In this document: one piece after another, positions 27,670 to 38,348 of the stretch
How positions within the stretch are numbered: the first letter of the stretch is position 1
Layout: each line of letters starts with the position of its first letter
From: an uncultured Gammaproteobacteria bacterium
Lineage (GTDB): Bacteria > Patescibacteriota > Patescibacteriia > Magasanikbacterales > GWA2-37-8
NCBI GenBank assembly: GCA_964510885.1
Contig: CAZEDL010000003.1
Span: 31,686-95,685, forward strand
Reading direction: 5' to 3'
DNA length: 64,000 nt
Notes under the pieces: model-generated
What the model was told of the DNA's origin: nothing
The model's input: the letters and a program-made list of their open reading frames with translations, nothing else
The model's database searches: none
Translations under genes and position numbers: made by a program

Positions 27670-29718
27670 ATGAAAAAAATTATTGAATGGTTTGTCAAGC
27701 TGACCATTTATGCCACCTTTGTTATGCCGCTCGTGCTGTTGCCGAGCTCATTTATTTTTCCGTTTATTGTTCCGAAGATTTTATTTTTCCGTTCGCTGAT
27801 ACTGCTCCTTGTCGCCGGGTATATCGCTCTTCTGGTTTTGAATTTTCAGGAATATCGGCCACGCCTAACTTGGGTGACTGTGGGAGTTGGGTTGTTCTTG
27901 GCAAGTTTTTTACTGTCGACATTTATCGGCGTCGATTCGTACCATAGTTTTTGGGACAATCATGAGCGCATGCTGGGGTTATTTACCCTTTTTCATTATG
28001 TGATTTACTATCTGATTGCAACGGCGGTTTTCAAACGCTACGCTGATTGGCGGATTGCATTGCAGGTGTTTTTGGCGCTCGGATCAGTGGTGATGTTTAT
28101 CGGGGTGATTCAGCATTTTAATCCTGATTTTTTACTTAATCAGGGGAGTGTGCGCGTCTCAAGTACGCTCGGCAACGCTATTTATGTTGGTGGGTACGGC
28201 TTGTTTTTGGCCTTTGTCGGTCTGCTGCTGTTCATGAAAGAAAAAGTTCCTCAGCTCCGGTTGCTCCAGGGGGTATTTATTTTATTGGCATTAGTCGGGA
28301 TGATACTCAGTGGAACGCGCGGTTCACTGCTCGGTTTTTTTGCGGGTATTGGCGGTGTGTTGCTCGGTTACGGGTTATTAGCAAAGGATCATCCTCGCCT
28401 CAGGCAAGCAACACTTGGTGCTGTTGCTCTTTTGGTGGCGGTGCTTGGTATATTGTATATTAATCGCCAGACTACATTTGTCCGTAGTATTCCGACATTA
28501 GGAGGGCTCTTAAATATTTCGCTTAGCGGGGGTACGGCCAGTACACGGTTAATCGCTTGGAAAATTGCTATTGAAAGCTGGAAGGAGAGGCCGGTATTTG
28601 GCTGGGGGCCCAATAATTTTTTCTATGCCTTTAACAAATACTATAACCCGGCCTCACTCGAGCATGGCTATGGTGAAACTTGGTTCGATAATGCGCATAA
28701 TATTATTTTGAACACCCTGACAGTACAGGGACTGTTCGGAGTGATTAGTTATCTTGCTATGTTTGGCCTGGGGTGGTTCACGCTCCTTAGCAGATCGCGT
28801 AAACCAGGAGCAGATCTGCATGTAGTTATAATCGGGTCTGGGTTTTTACTTGCGCACTTGGTGCAAAATATTACGGTGTTTGAAAATCCGACTTCATATC
28901 TTTATTTTTTCTTTTGGCTCGCGATGGTGAATCGCCTTGGCAGTCCGCAGTTTGAAGCGAGTTCTAAGATCGAACACCACGCCCCCGACCGCCCGCTTAA
29001 TGCTGGTGTTCTCGGAGTGATCGGAGTCACAGCGGTACTTTTTATTTATATCTTCAATATTCAACCGGCCCGTGCCAATCAAAAAACGTTACTGGCTTTA
29101 CAAAAGTTGAATCAGGATCCAGTAGGGGAGGGGCTCGCCACGATGCAATCTGCGCTGCAGTTTAATTCGCCTCATATTGATGATATTAGAAGCGATGTGT
29201 CTCGCACAGCAGCTGAAGTGTTGAGCCGATATTATCAAAAATTGACCAAAGAACAAAGCAATCAGTTGATTGACATAGCGGTTGCAGCTCTGCAGAAAAA
29301 TATTTCTCTCCATACTGCCGATATTCGCACATATTTACTGCTTGGCCAACTGCTCCAGACCAAGGCGATAGTGAATAATGATGGTCAATATGTAATGCAA
29401 GCTGAGCAGTACCTTGAAACCGCACTCGGGTATAGCCCGAAACGGCAGCAAATATTATTTACGCTAGCTAATTTAAAGGTGCAGATTAATAAAGTGGATC
29501 AGGCGGCTGCACTTCTTGAACAGGCTATAAAAGACAACCCGAAGATTTCTGAAAGTTATTGGCGTTTGGCCTATTTGTATAAGCTTGCTAACCGTCAGGA
29601 TTTAGCGAAGGCGGTATTTGCGAAAGCCCATGCGGACGGTGTGATATTTGACGATCAGGGGAAGCAAGTAGAAGCTATGATTGCTGCCGAGCCGAGCGCA
29701 GCGACTGATAAAAAGTAA
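27670..29718 (+). CDS. Second O-antigen ligase-like (Wzy_C) protein with TPRs
   Basis: RVSSTLGNAIY, SGTRGS, TRLIAW, FGWGPNNF, FDNAHN; paralog of 24315-26549. Confidence 0.88.
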   Translation: MKKIIEWFVKLTIYATFVMPLVLLPSSFIFPFIVPKILFFRSLILLLVAGYIALLVLNFQEYRPRLTWVTVGVGLFLASFLLSTFIGVDSYHSFWDNHERMLGLFTLFHYVIYYLIATAVFKRYADWRIALQVFLALGSVVMFIGVIQHFNPDFLLNQGSVRVSSTLGNAIYVGGYGLFLAFVGLLLFMKEKVPQLRLLQGVFILLALVGMILSGTRGSLLGFFAGIGGVLLGYGLLAKDHPRLRQATLGAVALLVAVLGILYINRQTTFVRSIPTLGGLLNISLSGGTASTRLIAWKIAIESWKERPVFGWGPNNFFYAFNKYYNPASLEHGYGETWFDNAHNIILNTLTVQGLFGVISYLAMFGLGWFTLLSRSRKPGADLHVVIIGSGFLLAHLVQNITVFENPTSYLYFFFWLAMVNRLGSPQFEASSKIEHHAPDRPLNAGVLGVIGVTAVLFIYIFNIQPARANQKTLLALQKLNQDPVGEGLATMQSALQFNSPHIDDIRSDVSRTAAEVLSRYYQKLTKEQSNQLIDIAVAALQKNISLHTADIRTYLLLGQLLQTKAIVNNDGQYVMQAEQYLETALGYSPKRQQILFTLANLKVQINKVDQAAALLEQAIKDNPKISESYWRLAYLYKLANRQDLAKAVFAKAHADGVIFDDQGKQVEAMIAAEPSAATDKK

Positions 29719-30883
29719 GAGTGGAAGAGAGGCTTGAAGGTAGCTGGAAATCAGTAGTAATTTTTGTCTTGAGAGCGGCTCCGAAATGGGCCGCTTTAGT
29801 TTGATCAGACAGCGCTTCTTTGATTGCCGCAGCCAATCTCGCTGGATCGCGCGCGGGCACTAGCCAGCCGGTTTCGCCAGGCATAACAATTTCCGGGATG
29901 CCGCCAACTGCAGTTGCAACTACGGGAAGACCAGCCCGACCGGCTTCGAGAAGTGTGTAGGGTAAGCCTTCTTTTCGTGACGGGATAATAAGCATCTGAC
30001 AAGCTGGTAGTAGGCGGGCCGCTTCGGGGATTGGTCCGCACCAACTGATAATCGAATCTAGCCCGCTTGCGGTGGCTAGGCGGTGTAAATTGTTTTTATC
30101 TGGCCCAGAACCAATCAGCGCGACCGTAGTATCTGCCAGATCTGCTTTTATAGTAGCGAGGGCTGTAATTAAAATATCCAATCCTTTGGTTTTGTAAAAA
30201 TTAGCAATCACACCGATTATTTTTTTGGCATTTTTTCCGGTGGAAGATAAGTAGGGGTTAAGCTCATTTCGTGCGGCTAGTGATGAGAGTGCCGGTGTTT
30301 GCATATCAATACCGAGCGGGATAAGCCGAAGTTTTGACACAGGGATAGTAAGCTTTGTTTTTGCCACAGCTTGATCTGCTTCTGACAGGGTGATAATGCC
30401 GTCTTTATACCTGGCAGTGTGTTTTTCAAGAGAGCGGTAAATTAAAGGCAGTGGCCAATAGAGTGGTTCGTTGAACACCCAGCCGTGAGCGGTGTAGATG
30501 ACTGAGAAGGTGTTTGGTTTTAGGTGTTTGGTTTTAGGTGGCGAGTTGTGATTGATGGTGGCGAGTGAGCCGATGATGCCGGCTTTGCTGCTGTTGAGGT
30601 GAACAATGTTGGGAGATACTTCGTTTATTAATGTGTTCAATTCTGCGATAGCGGCGAAGTCGCGTGGTGATATAGCGCGTACTAGGTGAGTTAGTTGCAC
30701 TACTTTTACCGATCCATGTTGTTTCAGTCGTTCTTGCAGGTCGGCTGACCCGCCTGGTTCGCCAACAGCGACCGTCACGTCATGTTCGCTGGCATAGGCG
30801 GTCGCCAAATCATAGACGTAGCGCTGTGCCCCGCCCCAGGTGCCTTGGGTAATAATATAGAGAATTTTAAGTCGAGGATTCAT
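29675..30883 (-). CDS. GT4 glycosyltransferase
   Basis: ILYIITQGTWGGAQRYV, HLNSSKAG, PSRKEGLPYTLLEA, VGGIPE. Confidence 0.9.
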   Translation of the reverse strand: MNPRLKILYIITQGTWGGAQRYVYDLATAYASEHDVTVAVGEPGGSADLQERLKQHGSVKVVQLTHLVRAISPRDFAAIAELNTLINEVSPNIVHLNSSKAGIIGSLATINHNSPPKTKHLKPNTFSVIYTAHGWVFNEPLYWPLPLIYRSLEKHTARYKDGIITLSEADQAVAKTKLTIPVSKLRLIPLGIDMQTPALSSLAARNELNPYLSSTGKNAKKIIGVIANFYKTKGLDILITALATIKADLADTTVALIGSGPDKNNLHRLATASGLDSIISWCGPIPEAARLLPACQMLIIPSRKEGLPYTLLEAGRAGLPVVATAVGGIPEIVMPGETGWLVPARDPARLAAAIKEALSDQTKAAHFGAALKTKITTDFQLPSSLSSTLTFYQSLRSARQQS

Positions 30884-31033
30884 GTTGACTTTTTAGGCTA
30901 ACAATAGCATACTATAAGCATAAAATAATGTCTAAAATGTGTTCGAATCTATAATTTATAATATAGAATTTAGCCATTAAATAAGAAATTATTTTCTATT
31001 TTCCAAATTCTAGATTCTAAATTTTTCACTCGT

Positions 31034-31981
31034 ATGCGTATTTTAGTCACTGGTGGCGCAGGTTTTATCGGTTCTCATTTGGTAGAGCGCCTGCTTGAGG
31101 CTGGGCATGCGGTGGTAGTAGTAGATAATTTATTTACTGGCTCGCTTGATAATTTAGCGGCGGCTGCAGCTAATCCAAAATTCACTTTTGTTGAACACGA
31201 TATTGTGGAACCGTTATTTTTGGAAGGAAAGATTGACCAAGTATATAACTTGGCTTGTCCGGCTTCGACACCTCACTATCAATCAAATCCGGTGCACACG
31301 ATCAAGACTAATACGCTTGGCCTTATTAACATGCTTGGGCTGGCCCGCCACCATGGCGCCCGATTTTTGCAAACTTCCACTTCTGAGATTTATGGTGATC
31401 CGGAAGTCCATCCTCAAGTCGAAGAATACTGGGGACATGTAAATCCGATCGGCCCCCGGGCCTGTTATGATGAAGGTAAGCGCTGTGCTGAAGCGCTGTG
31501 CTTTGATTATCACCGGATGCACGATATGGAAATAAAGATCGTGCGTATTTTTAACACCTATGGCCCCCGCATGTCATTTACTGATGGTCGGGTAATTTCG
31601 AATTTTGTGGTGCAGGCGTTGCAAAATCAACCGATTACTATTTATGGTAATGGCGAGCAAACGCGCAGTTTTTGTTTTGTTGATGATTTAGTATTGGGAC
31701 TTATCAAAATGATGGGTAGCGATGGTGCATTTATGGGGCCAGTGAACCTCGGCAATCCAGGCGAACGCACGATGCGTGAGATGGCGGAAAAAATTGTGGC
31801 GTTAACTAATTCACAGAGTGAGATCGTCTACCGTGATCTGCCCGTTGACGACCCGCGGCGGCGCTGCCCGGATATTGCCAAAGCTAAAACTAAGCTCGAT
31901 TGGCAGCCGACGATTGATTTAGAACCAGGTCTTGTTCGTACGATTGCCAACTTTCGCGAGCGCCTGAAGTCCGGTAGCTAG
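31034..31981 (+). CDS. UDP-glucuronate decarboxylase (UDP-xylose synthase)
   Basis: [44 protein letters not shown]...[17 protein letters not shown]. Confidence 0.92.
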   Translation: MRILVTGGAGFIGSHLVERLLEAGHAVVVVDNLFTGSLDNLAAAAANPKFTFVEHDIVEPLFLEGKIDQVYNLACPASTPHYQSNPVHTIKTNTLGLINMLGLARHHGARFLQTSTSEIYGDPEVHPQVEEYWGHVNPIGPRACYDEGKRCAEALCFDYHRMHDMEIKIVRIFNTYGPRMSFTDGRVISNFVVQALQNQPITIYGNGEQTRSFCFVDDLVLGLIKMMGSDGAFMGPVNLGNPGERTMREMAEKIVALTNSQSEIVYRDLPVDDPRRRCPDIAKAKTKLDWQPTIDLEPGLVRTIANFRERLKSGS

Positions 31982-31988
31982 TCTGGCT

Positions 31989-33122
31989 ATGAAAAAAAGA
32001 GTGCTTATTTTTTCTACGGCATATCATCCGTTTATTGGTGGGGCTGAAGTGGCGGTGAAAGAAATTACGGATCGGTTGGGTGATATGTTTGAGTTTGAAA
32101 TGGTGACGGCACGCATGCGCAGATCTGTGCCAACCAAAGAAAAGATCGGCAACATATTAGTACATCGGTTAGGTTTGGGGGTTCCGTTTATTGATAAATT
32201 ATGGCTGGCTTTTTGCGGAGCTTCTCGTGCAAAAAAGCTAAATGATTTTGATATCGTATGGGGAATAATGGCCAGCTATGGTGGGCTCGCAGCTTCTAAT
32301 TATAAAAAGAAACACCCGTTGGTTAAATTTTTACTTACTCTCCAAGAAGGAGACAGTAAGGAGCATATTTATAAAAGATCCCGATGGCTCGGAGGTGCAT
32401 TCATTGACATTTTTAAAAGAGCGGATCGGATTCAGGCGATTAGCGCATATTTGGCGGAGTGGGCACAGGAAATGGGGGTAACTTGTCCGGTTGTGGTGGT
32501 TCCAAATGGAATTACTATTCAGCAATTTGACCATCATGGTAGAAAAGCTGACATAAAAAGAGTAATTACTGCCTCTCGTTTAGTAGAAAAGAATGGCCTT
32601 GAATATTTAATTAAAGCAATGAAGATTGTTAAAGATAGTTCTTCGAAGCCGGTTGTTTTAAAGATTCTTGGAGATGGTGAATTGAAGCAAGATTTAGAAA
32701 AATTAGCGTCTGATTTAGGCTTAACAGATAAGTTTGTCATTAGAAATGTTCAGTTTCAGGGTTTTGTCCCAAATAAATTGGTGTATGATTATTTAAACCA
32801 AGCTGATGTTTTTGTCAGGCCTTCTTTGTCCGAGGGGCTTGGTAATTCGTTTCTTGAGGCCATGGCGGCCGGTGTTCCGGTGGTAGCCACTCCAGTCGGG
32901 GGCATACCTGATTTTTTAAAAGATGGACAGACTGGTTGGTTTTGCAAGGTAAAAGATCCTGGCAGTGTCGCTGAAAAAATACTGTATATATTGGATGAGA
33001 AAAATAAAGAACCTGTTTCTCAGGTGGTTAAAAATGCTAAAGAGCTGGTTGAAACACGCTATCGTTGGGAAACTATCGCAGGAGACATGAGAAATATCTT
33101 GAATCTTTTATGCGTTTTTTAA
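31989..33122 (+). CDS. GT4 glycosyltransferase
   Basis: GGAEVA, SRLVEKNG, RPSLSEGLGNSFLEAM, VGGIPD. Confidence 0.9.
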   Translation: MKKRVLIFSTAYHPFIGGAEVAVKEITDRLGDMFEFEMVTARMRRSVPTKEKIGNILVHRLGLGVPFIDKLWLAFCGASRAKKLNDFDIVWGIMASYGGLAASNYKKKHPLVKFLLTLQEGDSKEHIYKRSRWLGGAFIDIFKRADRIQAISAYLAEWAQEMGVTCPVVVVPNGITIQQFDHHGRKADIKRVITASRLVEKNGLEYLIKAMKIVKDSSSKPVVLKILGDGELKQDLEKLASDLGLTDKFVIRNVQFQGFVPNKLVYDYLNQADVFVRPSLSEGLGNSFLEAMAAGVPVVATPVGGIPDFLKDGQTGWFCKVKDPGSVAEKILYILDEKNKEPVSQVVKNAKELVETRYRWETIAGDMRNILNLLCVF

Positions 33123-34228
33123 TTGCAGCTGATATATTCCCTCCAGAATCAGGCGGGCCGGCTACGTATTCGGTGACGCTCGCTAATGAATTAGTTAAGC
33201 TTGGCGACAGTGTTACGATTGTGTCTCTTAATCCAGAATCTGATAGAAAAATTTTAGATATAAGCGTTGAATTATTCCGAGTTGCTTTTAAAAATAAATT
33301 ACTTCGCTACGCTCACTATTTTTGGCTGCTTTTTAAACATGCTAAGCAAGTTGATGTTGTATATGCGATGGGGCCAGTGAATGCCGGGTGGCCGGCTTCG
33401 GTTGTGGCTCGTCTGAGGCATAAAAAATTTGTCGTAAAAGTGGTGGGCGACTATGCCTGGGAACAGGGGCAAGTTTTGCAGCTGGTGTCTGATGACATTG
33501 ATAGTTTTCAGAACAAAGATTATGGCGGAAAAGTCGGTCGTCTCAAAAGGATAGAGCGCCAAACTGTCCTCAGGGCTGATAGGGTTATAACTCCTTCAGA
33601 GTATTTGAGACGAATGGTCACTGGATGGGGCGTCCCTGAAGATAAAGTTATGGTAGTATACAATTCGGTTGCTGTCTCGACAGTTGCACCGGCTGCTAAG
33701 CCAACGGGCGAGCAGTGGCTTGTCAGTGTTGCTAGGCTCACGCCATGGAAAGGTTTCCCAGCGTTAATTGAAGCACTGGCAATTTTTTTGCCGCACCGCC
33801 CACAGTTAAAGTTGAAAATAATCGGAACTGGACCGGAGCTCCAAAAATTGCAGTCGTTAGTGCAGACGAAAGGTTTGGCTGCGTCGGTAGGTTTTTTAGG
33901 TAATATGCCGCGCAAAGAAGCGCTGTCGTATGTTAAGGCAGCGGACATTTTTATACTTAATAGCGGTTACGAAGGTCTGTCTCATGTAATTTTAGAGGCG
34001 CAGGCGCTTGGCATCACCGTTTTGGCAAGCAAAAAGGGTGGGAATGTTGAATTGCTTGATGCTGCGCATTTGTTTGAATTTAATAATAGTAAAGAAATTG
34101 CTAATAAGGTAGATAGCGTGCTCAATGGGTCGTTAGGTAATTCGACGCTGCCAGAATTTAAGAATACGTCGATGGCAGACATGGTTATGAAAACTAAACA
34201 AATACTTCAATCGGTATGCGCCAACTAA
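33110..34228 (+). CDS. GT4 glycosyltransferase
   Basis: IFPPESGGPATY, RLTPWKG, NSGYEGLSHVILEA. Confidence 0.9.
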   Translation: MRFLIAADIFPPESGGPATYSVTLANELVKLGDSVTIVSLNPESDRKILDISVELFRVAFKNKLLRYAHYFWLLFKHAKQVDVVYAMGPVNAGWPASVVARLRHKKFVVKVVGDYAWEQGQVLQLVSDDIDSFQNKDYGGKVGRLKRIERQTVLRADRVITPSEYLRRMVTGWGVPEDKVMVVYNSVAVSTVAPAAKPTGEQWLVSVARLTPWKGFPALIEALAIFLPHRPQLKLKIIGTGPELQKLQSLVQTKGLAASVGFLGNMPRKEALSYVKAADIFILNSGYEGLSHVILEAQALGITVLASKKGGNVELLDAAHLFEFNNSKEIANKVDSVLNGSLGNSTLPEFKNTSMADMVMKTKQILQSVCAN

Positions 34229-35232
34229 TGATTAGCCTTGATCGTAAAATAATCGAAGAGTCCAGGGTTGCTCAAAGAATGAAAGAGTATGGAAATAAGG
34301 ATAAGATATTTATTTTAATACCTGGGCCTACGAAAAAAATGAACACTAGCATTAGTGAGAATGTTAAGGTTGAAATGATTTCTGGTTCAAAGTTCGTTCA
34401 ATTTTTTTCTTTGATATGGAAGGGGCTTCAGTATGTTTCTAGTAATGATGTAACTTTTATTACTACACAAGATCCCTTTTTTACTGGTTTAGTGGGCTTG
34501 CTAATTCGTTTTTTTTCGAGTGTCCTTTTAAAAGACATTACTCTTGAAGTCCAGCTTCATGGCGATTTTTATAGTAATTCTTATTATAAGAAAAGTATTA
34601 GGTATTTTTTAGGAAAATTTGTAATTAAAAGAGCTGATAAAATAAGAGTTGCGAGCAAGAGAGCTAGGGTCAGTCTCGAAAATCGAACTGACCTTAAGAT
34701 AGGGAAAGGAAAAGTGCGCATCAAACCAGTTTTTATTGATGAACGTTCGTTCGTTGATTATGGAGGAGAAAAAAATTACTTGAGGAAACGTTACCATACT
34801 ATAAATACTGGAAAAATTTTCCTTTGGGTTGGAAGGATGGAACCTGTAAAAAATCTTGAATTTCTTTTAAATATTTTTGTAAAGGCTGTAAAACAGTGGG
34901 GCCATTCAGACTGGTTGCTTGTTTTAGTCGGAGAAGGAAGTCAGAGGAAAGAATTGGAAGATATTGTTGATAAATCGGGTTTATTAAATACAAATATCCA
35001 GTTTGAGTCTTGGACTGAAGAACCTGTTAAATATTATAAGAGCGCAGATTGTCTTGTTTTTCCGAGCCTTAGTGAGGGTTATGGTCAGGTTCCAATGGAA
35101 GCATACTATTCTGGTTGTCCTGTTATTATGTCAGATGTAGGTGTGGCAAATTACGAACTCAAACCTAGCGACCGAGTTAAAATTTTACCTTTTGACGAAC
35201 GCGCCTGGATTGAGGCGATGAGTAAGATATAG
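34216..35232 (+). CDS. GT4 glycosyltransferase (AT-rich)
   Basis: TTQDPF, VGRMEPVKN, PSLSEGYGQVPMEA. Confidence 0.88.
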   Translation: MRQLMISLDRKIIEESRVAQRMKEYGNKDKIFILIPGPTKKMNTSISENVKVEMISGSKFVQFFSLIWKGLQYVSSNDVTFITTQDPFFTGLVGLLIRFFSSVLLKDITLEVQLHGDFYSNSYYKKSIRYFLGKFVIKRADKIRVASKRARVSLENRTDLKIGKGKVRIKPVFIDERSFVDYGGEKNYLRKRYHTINTGKIFLWVGRMEPVKNLEFLLNIFVKAVKQWGHSDWLLVLVGEGSQRKELEDIVDKSGLLNTNIQFESWTEEPVKYYKSADCLVFPSLSEGYGQVPMEAYYSGCPVIMSDVGVANYELKPSDRVKILPFDERAWIEAMSKI

Positions 35233-35236
35233 TTAT

Positions 35237-35848
35237 ATGTTGACAGCCTGGGATCAATTTTTTCAAGATAAAATGAAACAGATTTTCACACCTGGGAAAA
35301 CGGTGATTGATATTGGCGGCGGACTCCGGGTTGATGCGAAGCGCAACAACCGGGAATCCGAAGCCCCGGCGTGGCTGGCGGAGTATATTAAACAAGTGGA
35401 TTATAAAATTTTAGATAAAGTGCCGGATTATCATCCAGATATTGTGGGGGATATTCACGCGCTGCCGTTTGCTGATAGTAGTGTCGACGCGATTGTGTGT
35501 ATTGCCGTGCTAGAGCATGTGGAGGAGCCGGCAAAAGCGGTGGCCGAAGTATATCGGGTATTGAAGCCGGGCGGCCAGGCATTTTTTTATGCGCCATTTC
35601 TGTTCTATTATCATCCGCTCAAGGGGTATTACAAAGATTTTTTCCGCTTCACGAGTGATGGCTGGCGATATCTGACCCGCCATTTTAAGATAGTAGAGCT
35701 TCAGAATGTGCGCGGAGCGCTCGCCACGGTGCTTAATTTATTTCCATGGTTGTCGAAGCGAACACGGTTTGTAGATGTAATTGATCGTTTGTTCCATAAA
35801 GATGCGAGCGAACAAACCAGTGGATATAATGTGTTTTGCGTAAAATAA
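35237..35848 (+). CDS. Class I SAM methyltransferase
   Basis: IDIGGG, GDIHALPF.D.SVD, VLEHV, RVLKPGG. Confidence 0.88.
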   Translation: MLTAWDQFFQDKMKQIFTPGKTVIDIGGGLRVDAKRNNRESEAPAWLAEYIKQVDYKILDKVPDYHPDIVGDIHALPFADSSVDAIVCIAVLEHVEEPAKAVAEVYRVLKPGGQAFFYAPFLFYYHPLKGYYKDFFRFTSDGWRYLTRHFKIVELQNVRGALATVLNLFPWLSKRTRFVDVIDRLFHKDASEQTSGYNVFCVK

Positions 35849-35854
35849 TTTGGT

Positions 35855-36886
35855 ATGAGGCTATTGATATTTACACAGTCAGTTAACAAGCACGATACGA
35901 ATCTTGGCTTTTTTCATGAATGGCTGGTTAGACTTGCGGCGCACGTAGAAGAATTGACGGTGGTTGCGTTGTCGGTGGGGGAGTATGATGTGCCAGCCAA
36001 CGTGCGCGTGTTGTCGCTGGGTAAAGAACAGTATCGGTCTCGGCTGCAGTATCTGTGGCGTCTCTGGAAATATTTGTTACGTTTTCATCAGCACTATGAT
36101 CGAGTGCTGGTGCATATGAATCCGGAATATGTAGTGTTGTTTGGGTGGTGGTGGTGCTTGTCTCGGAAAAAAATATTTTTGTGGTATGTCCATCGGTCGG
36201 TGGATTGGAAGCTTGTAATCGCTGAATTATTCGTACATGCTATTTTCACGGCTTCGCCGGAAAGCTGCCGTATCGAGAGTAAAAAAATTCAGATCGCGGG
36301 GCACGGTGTCGACAGTGATTTTTTTTCTCCGGGTACAAATCCCGGGTCTCAACAGAGTGTGATTAACCTTCTTAGTATTGGCCGAATTACCCCGCGTAAG
36401 GATATTCTGTTTTCGCTAATGGCCTTGAAACAGCTGCATAGTTTGTTTCCGGGCAGATTCAAGCTTGATATTGTGGGCGATCCGGTGGTGCGGTCGGATT
36501 TTGAGTATTACCGGGAATTAAAAGAGTTTGTTACCACTAACGAGCTTCAGGCTGTCGTACATTTTCTTGGTGGTTGCCGCTACGAAGAGTTGCCTGGCAT
36601 CTACCGGGCGCATCAGGCACTCATCCATACCAGCCGCACCGGTAGCATTGATAAGGTGGTGCTTGAAGCCTTGGCGTCTGGCCTTACGGTCTTTAGCTCG
36701 AGTGATGCCTATGCGAACTGGCCAGATTTTGTAATTAAATTTCCGCCCGGGGATGCTGTGGCATTGGGGCGAGCGGTACAGGCCCATCTTCTTGAGGCGG
36801 CAGTACCGATCGGGGGGCGCGAGTATGTGGTTAAAAATTTTAATTTGAGCGATTTAATTTCACGGATTGTCGCTATGATGAAATAG
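35855..36886 (+). CDS. GT4 glycosyltransferase
   Basis: LGFFHEW, GRITPRK, SRTGSIDKVVLEALA. Confidence 0.87.
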   Translation: MRLLIFTQSVNKHDTNLGFFHEWLVRLAAHVEELTVVALSVGEYDVPANVRVLSLGKEQYRSRLQYLWRLWKYLLRFHQHYDRVLVHMNPEYVVLFGWWWCLSRKKIFLWYVHRSVDWKLVIAELFVHAIFTASPESCRIESKKIQIAGHGVDSDFFSPGTNPGSQQSVINLLSIGRITPRKDILFSLMALKQLHSLFPGRFKLDIVGDPVVRSDFEYYRELKEFVTTNELQAVVHFLGGCRYEELPGIYRAHQALIHTSRTGSIDKVVLEALASGLTVFSSSDAYANWPDFVIKFPPGDAVALGRAVQAHLLEAAVPIGGREYVVKNFNLSDLISRIVAMMK

Positions 36887-36891
36887 TTGGT

Positions 36892-38298
36892 ATGTTTTCA
36901 CGATTACTCGGCTTCGTTAAAATTCGACCCGTTGCCGTTATCGTAGTGGCCGCTCTCTTACTACGCGTTCTCATTTTTTTAAGTGTCGCCAATCAGTATC
37001 AGTTTGATAGCGAGCGGGTTGCGGGGCATCTAGCAGCGGATGGGTACTATCAGATCGCCGAAAATTTGCGGCAGCACGGTATCTTTTCGCTTAATTCAAG
37101 TGAGCCGCTGCTTCCGGACTCGTTCCGCACGCCGGGGTATCCGCTATTATTGTGGCTTAGCTTGGTGGTGAGTGGTACGGTAGTGCCACTGGTGATTGTG
37201 CAGATTATGGCCGCCGGTGCCATACTTGGGCTCACAGCCCGGCTGGCAGAGCGAATCGGTGTGTCGGGGTGGGTTAGAATATGTATCTTGCTTGTTCTCG
37301 CTATTGATCCGCTCGGGCTTAGTTTGTCGATAAAATTATTAACTGAAATATTTTTTACACTATTCTTTTTACTTGGGGTTGAGCAAGTCTTAGTATTTAT
37401 GGAAGATTTGCACAGGACAGGTGTCGATCGCCCTTGGTATAAGGGTGCAGCGTTTCGGGCTGGAGCGTGGTTCGGGATAGCCACTCTGTTTCGGCCTACC
37501 ACCATGTACTTTGCGATTGCTTTTTCAGTGTTGTGGATTTTATATCGTCTGATTCGAAGGGTTCCGTTCCGGCTGAGGAGCGTTGCGTTATTTTTTGTGG
37601 TGTCTACTGTGCCGCTTGTGCCCTGGATGGTTCGGAATTACCTGGCCTTTGGAGTGTTTAGTTATTCATCGGCCAAAGAGCATGTGGCGTATGCGACACT
37701 CGCTCCGTCGATCTTGATGAGAGTAGAACACCGGCCATATATTGAGGTACAGCGAGATTGGTTTACCAGCCATGGTTTTTCTGAGTTACCGGCTCCGACG
37801 GTGGCTACGGCCCCCTGGTTTAAAGAAAAGGTTACGGCTGTTATAAAGCAGCATCGGCGTGAGTTTGCAGAAGTAGCCGGCATTAGTGTACTAACTTTTT
37901 TTACCCATGACGGAGCGTTGGATTTATTAACGCTGCTTCATCCGAATCAGAAATTGGCCGGTATGTCCTCAGTGTTAGCTATGATGCATATGCCGATTAC
38001 CGAACAGGTACGTTCGGTTGCAAAGTTTCTATCTTCGCCGGCGGCTGCGGTGGTGGTTGCCCGGATGATCTGGAGTATGTTTGCCCTCGGCTTTGTGACC
38101 ACGATAGGGTATCTGGTTATTAGACGTCGATTGACGATTGGAGTAGCTTTTTTTGTTTTAGCTATCGGGTATTTTAGCGCCACCACCTTGACAAATGGGG
38201 TGGCAGTGAACGCCCGGTTTCGGTTCCCGGTGGATAGCCTGTTACTGATAGTGGTTGGCGCCGGAGTAGCTGCTTTTGGAGGCCGCAGGGCGACTTGA
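36892..38298 (+). CDS. GT-C fold membrane glycosyltransferase (ArnT/PMT-like)
   Basis: D.Y..IA.N, FRTPGYP, LLTE, L.RP, PW..RNY, ARFRFP; multi-TM. Confidence 0.8.
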   Translation: MFSRLLGFVKIRPVAVIVVAALLLRVLIFLSVANQYQFDSERVAGHLAADGYYQIAENLRQHGIFSLNSSEPLLPDSFRTPGYPLLLWLSLVVSGTVVPLVIVQIMAAGAILGLTARLAERIGVSGWVRICILLVLAIDPLGLSLSIKLLTEIFFTLFFLLGVEQVLVFMEDLHRTGVDRPWYKGAAFRAGAWFGIATLFRPTTMYFAIAFSVLWILYRLIRRVPFRLRSVALFFVVSTVPLVPWMVRNYLAFGVFSYSSAKEHVAYATLAPSILMRVEHRPYIEVQRDWFTSHGFSELPAPTVATAPWFKEKVTAVIKQHRREFAEVAGISVLTFFTHDGALDLLTLLHPNQKLAGMSSVLAMMHMPITEQVRSVAKFLSSPAAAVVVARMIWSMFALGFVTTIGYLVIRRRLTIGVAFFVLAIGYFSATTLTNGVAVNARFRFPVDSLLLIVVGAGVAAFGGRRAT

Positions 38299-38348
38299 AA
38301 GGCAGGGATTTTTTTGGTAGAATATAAAGAAATTTAGCCTTATTTCCT

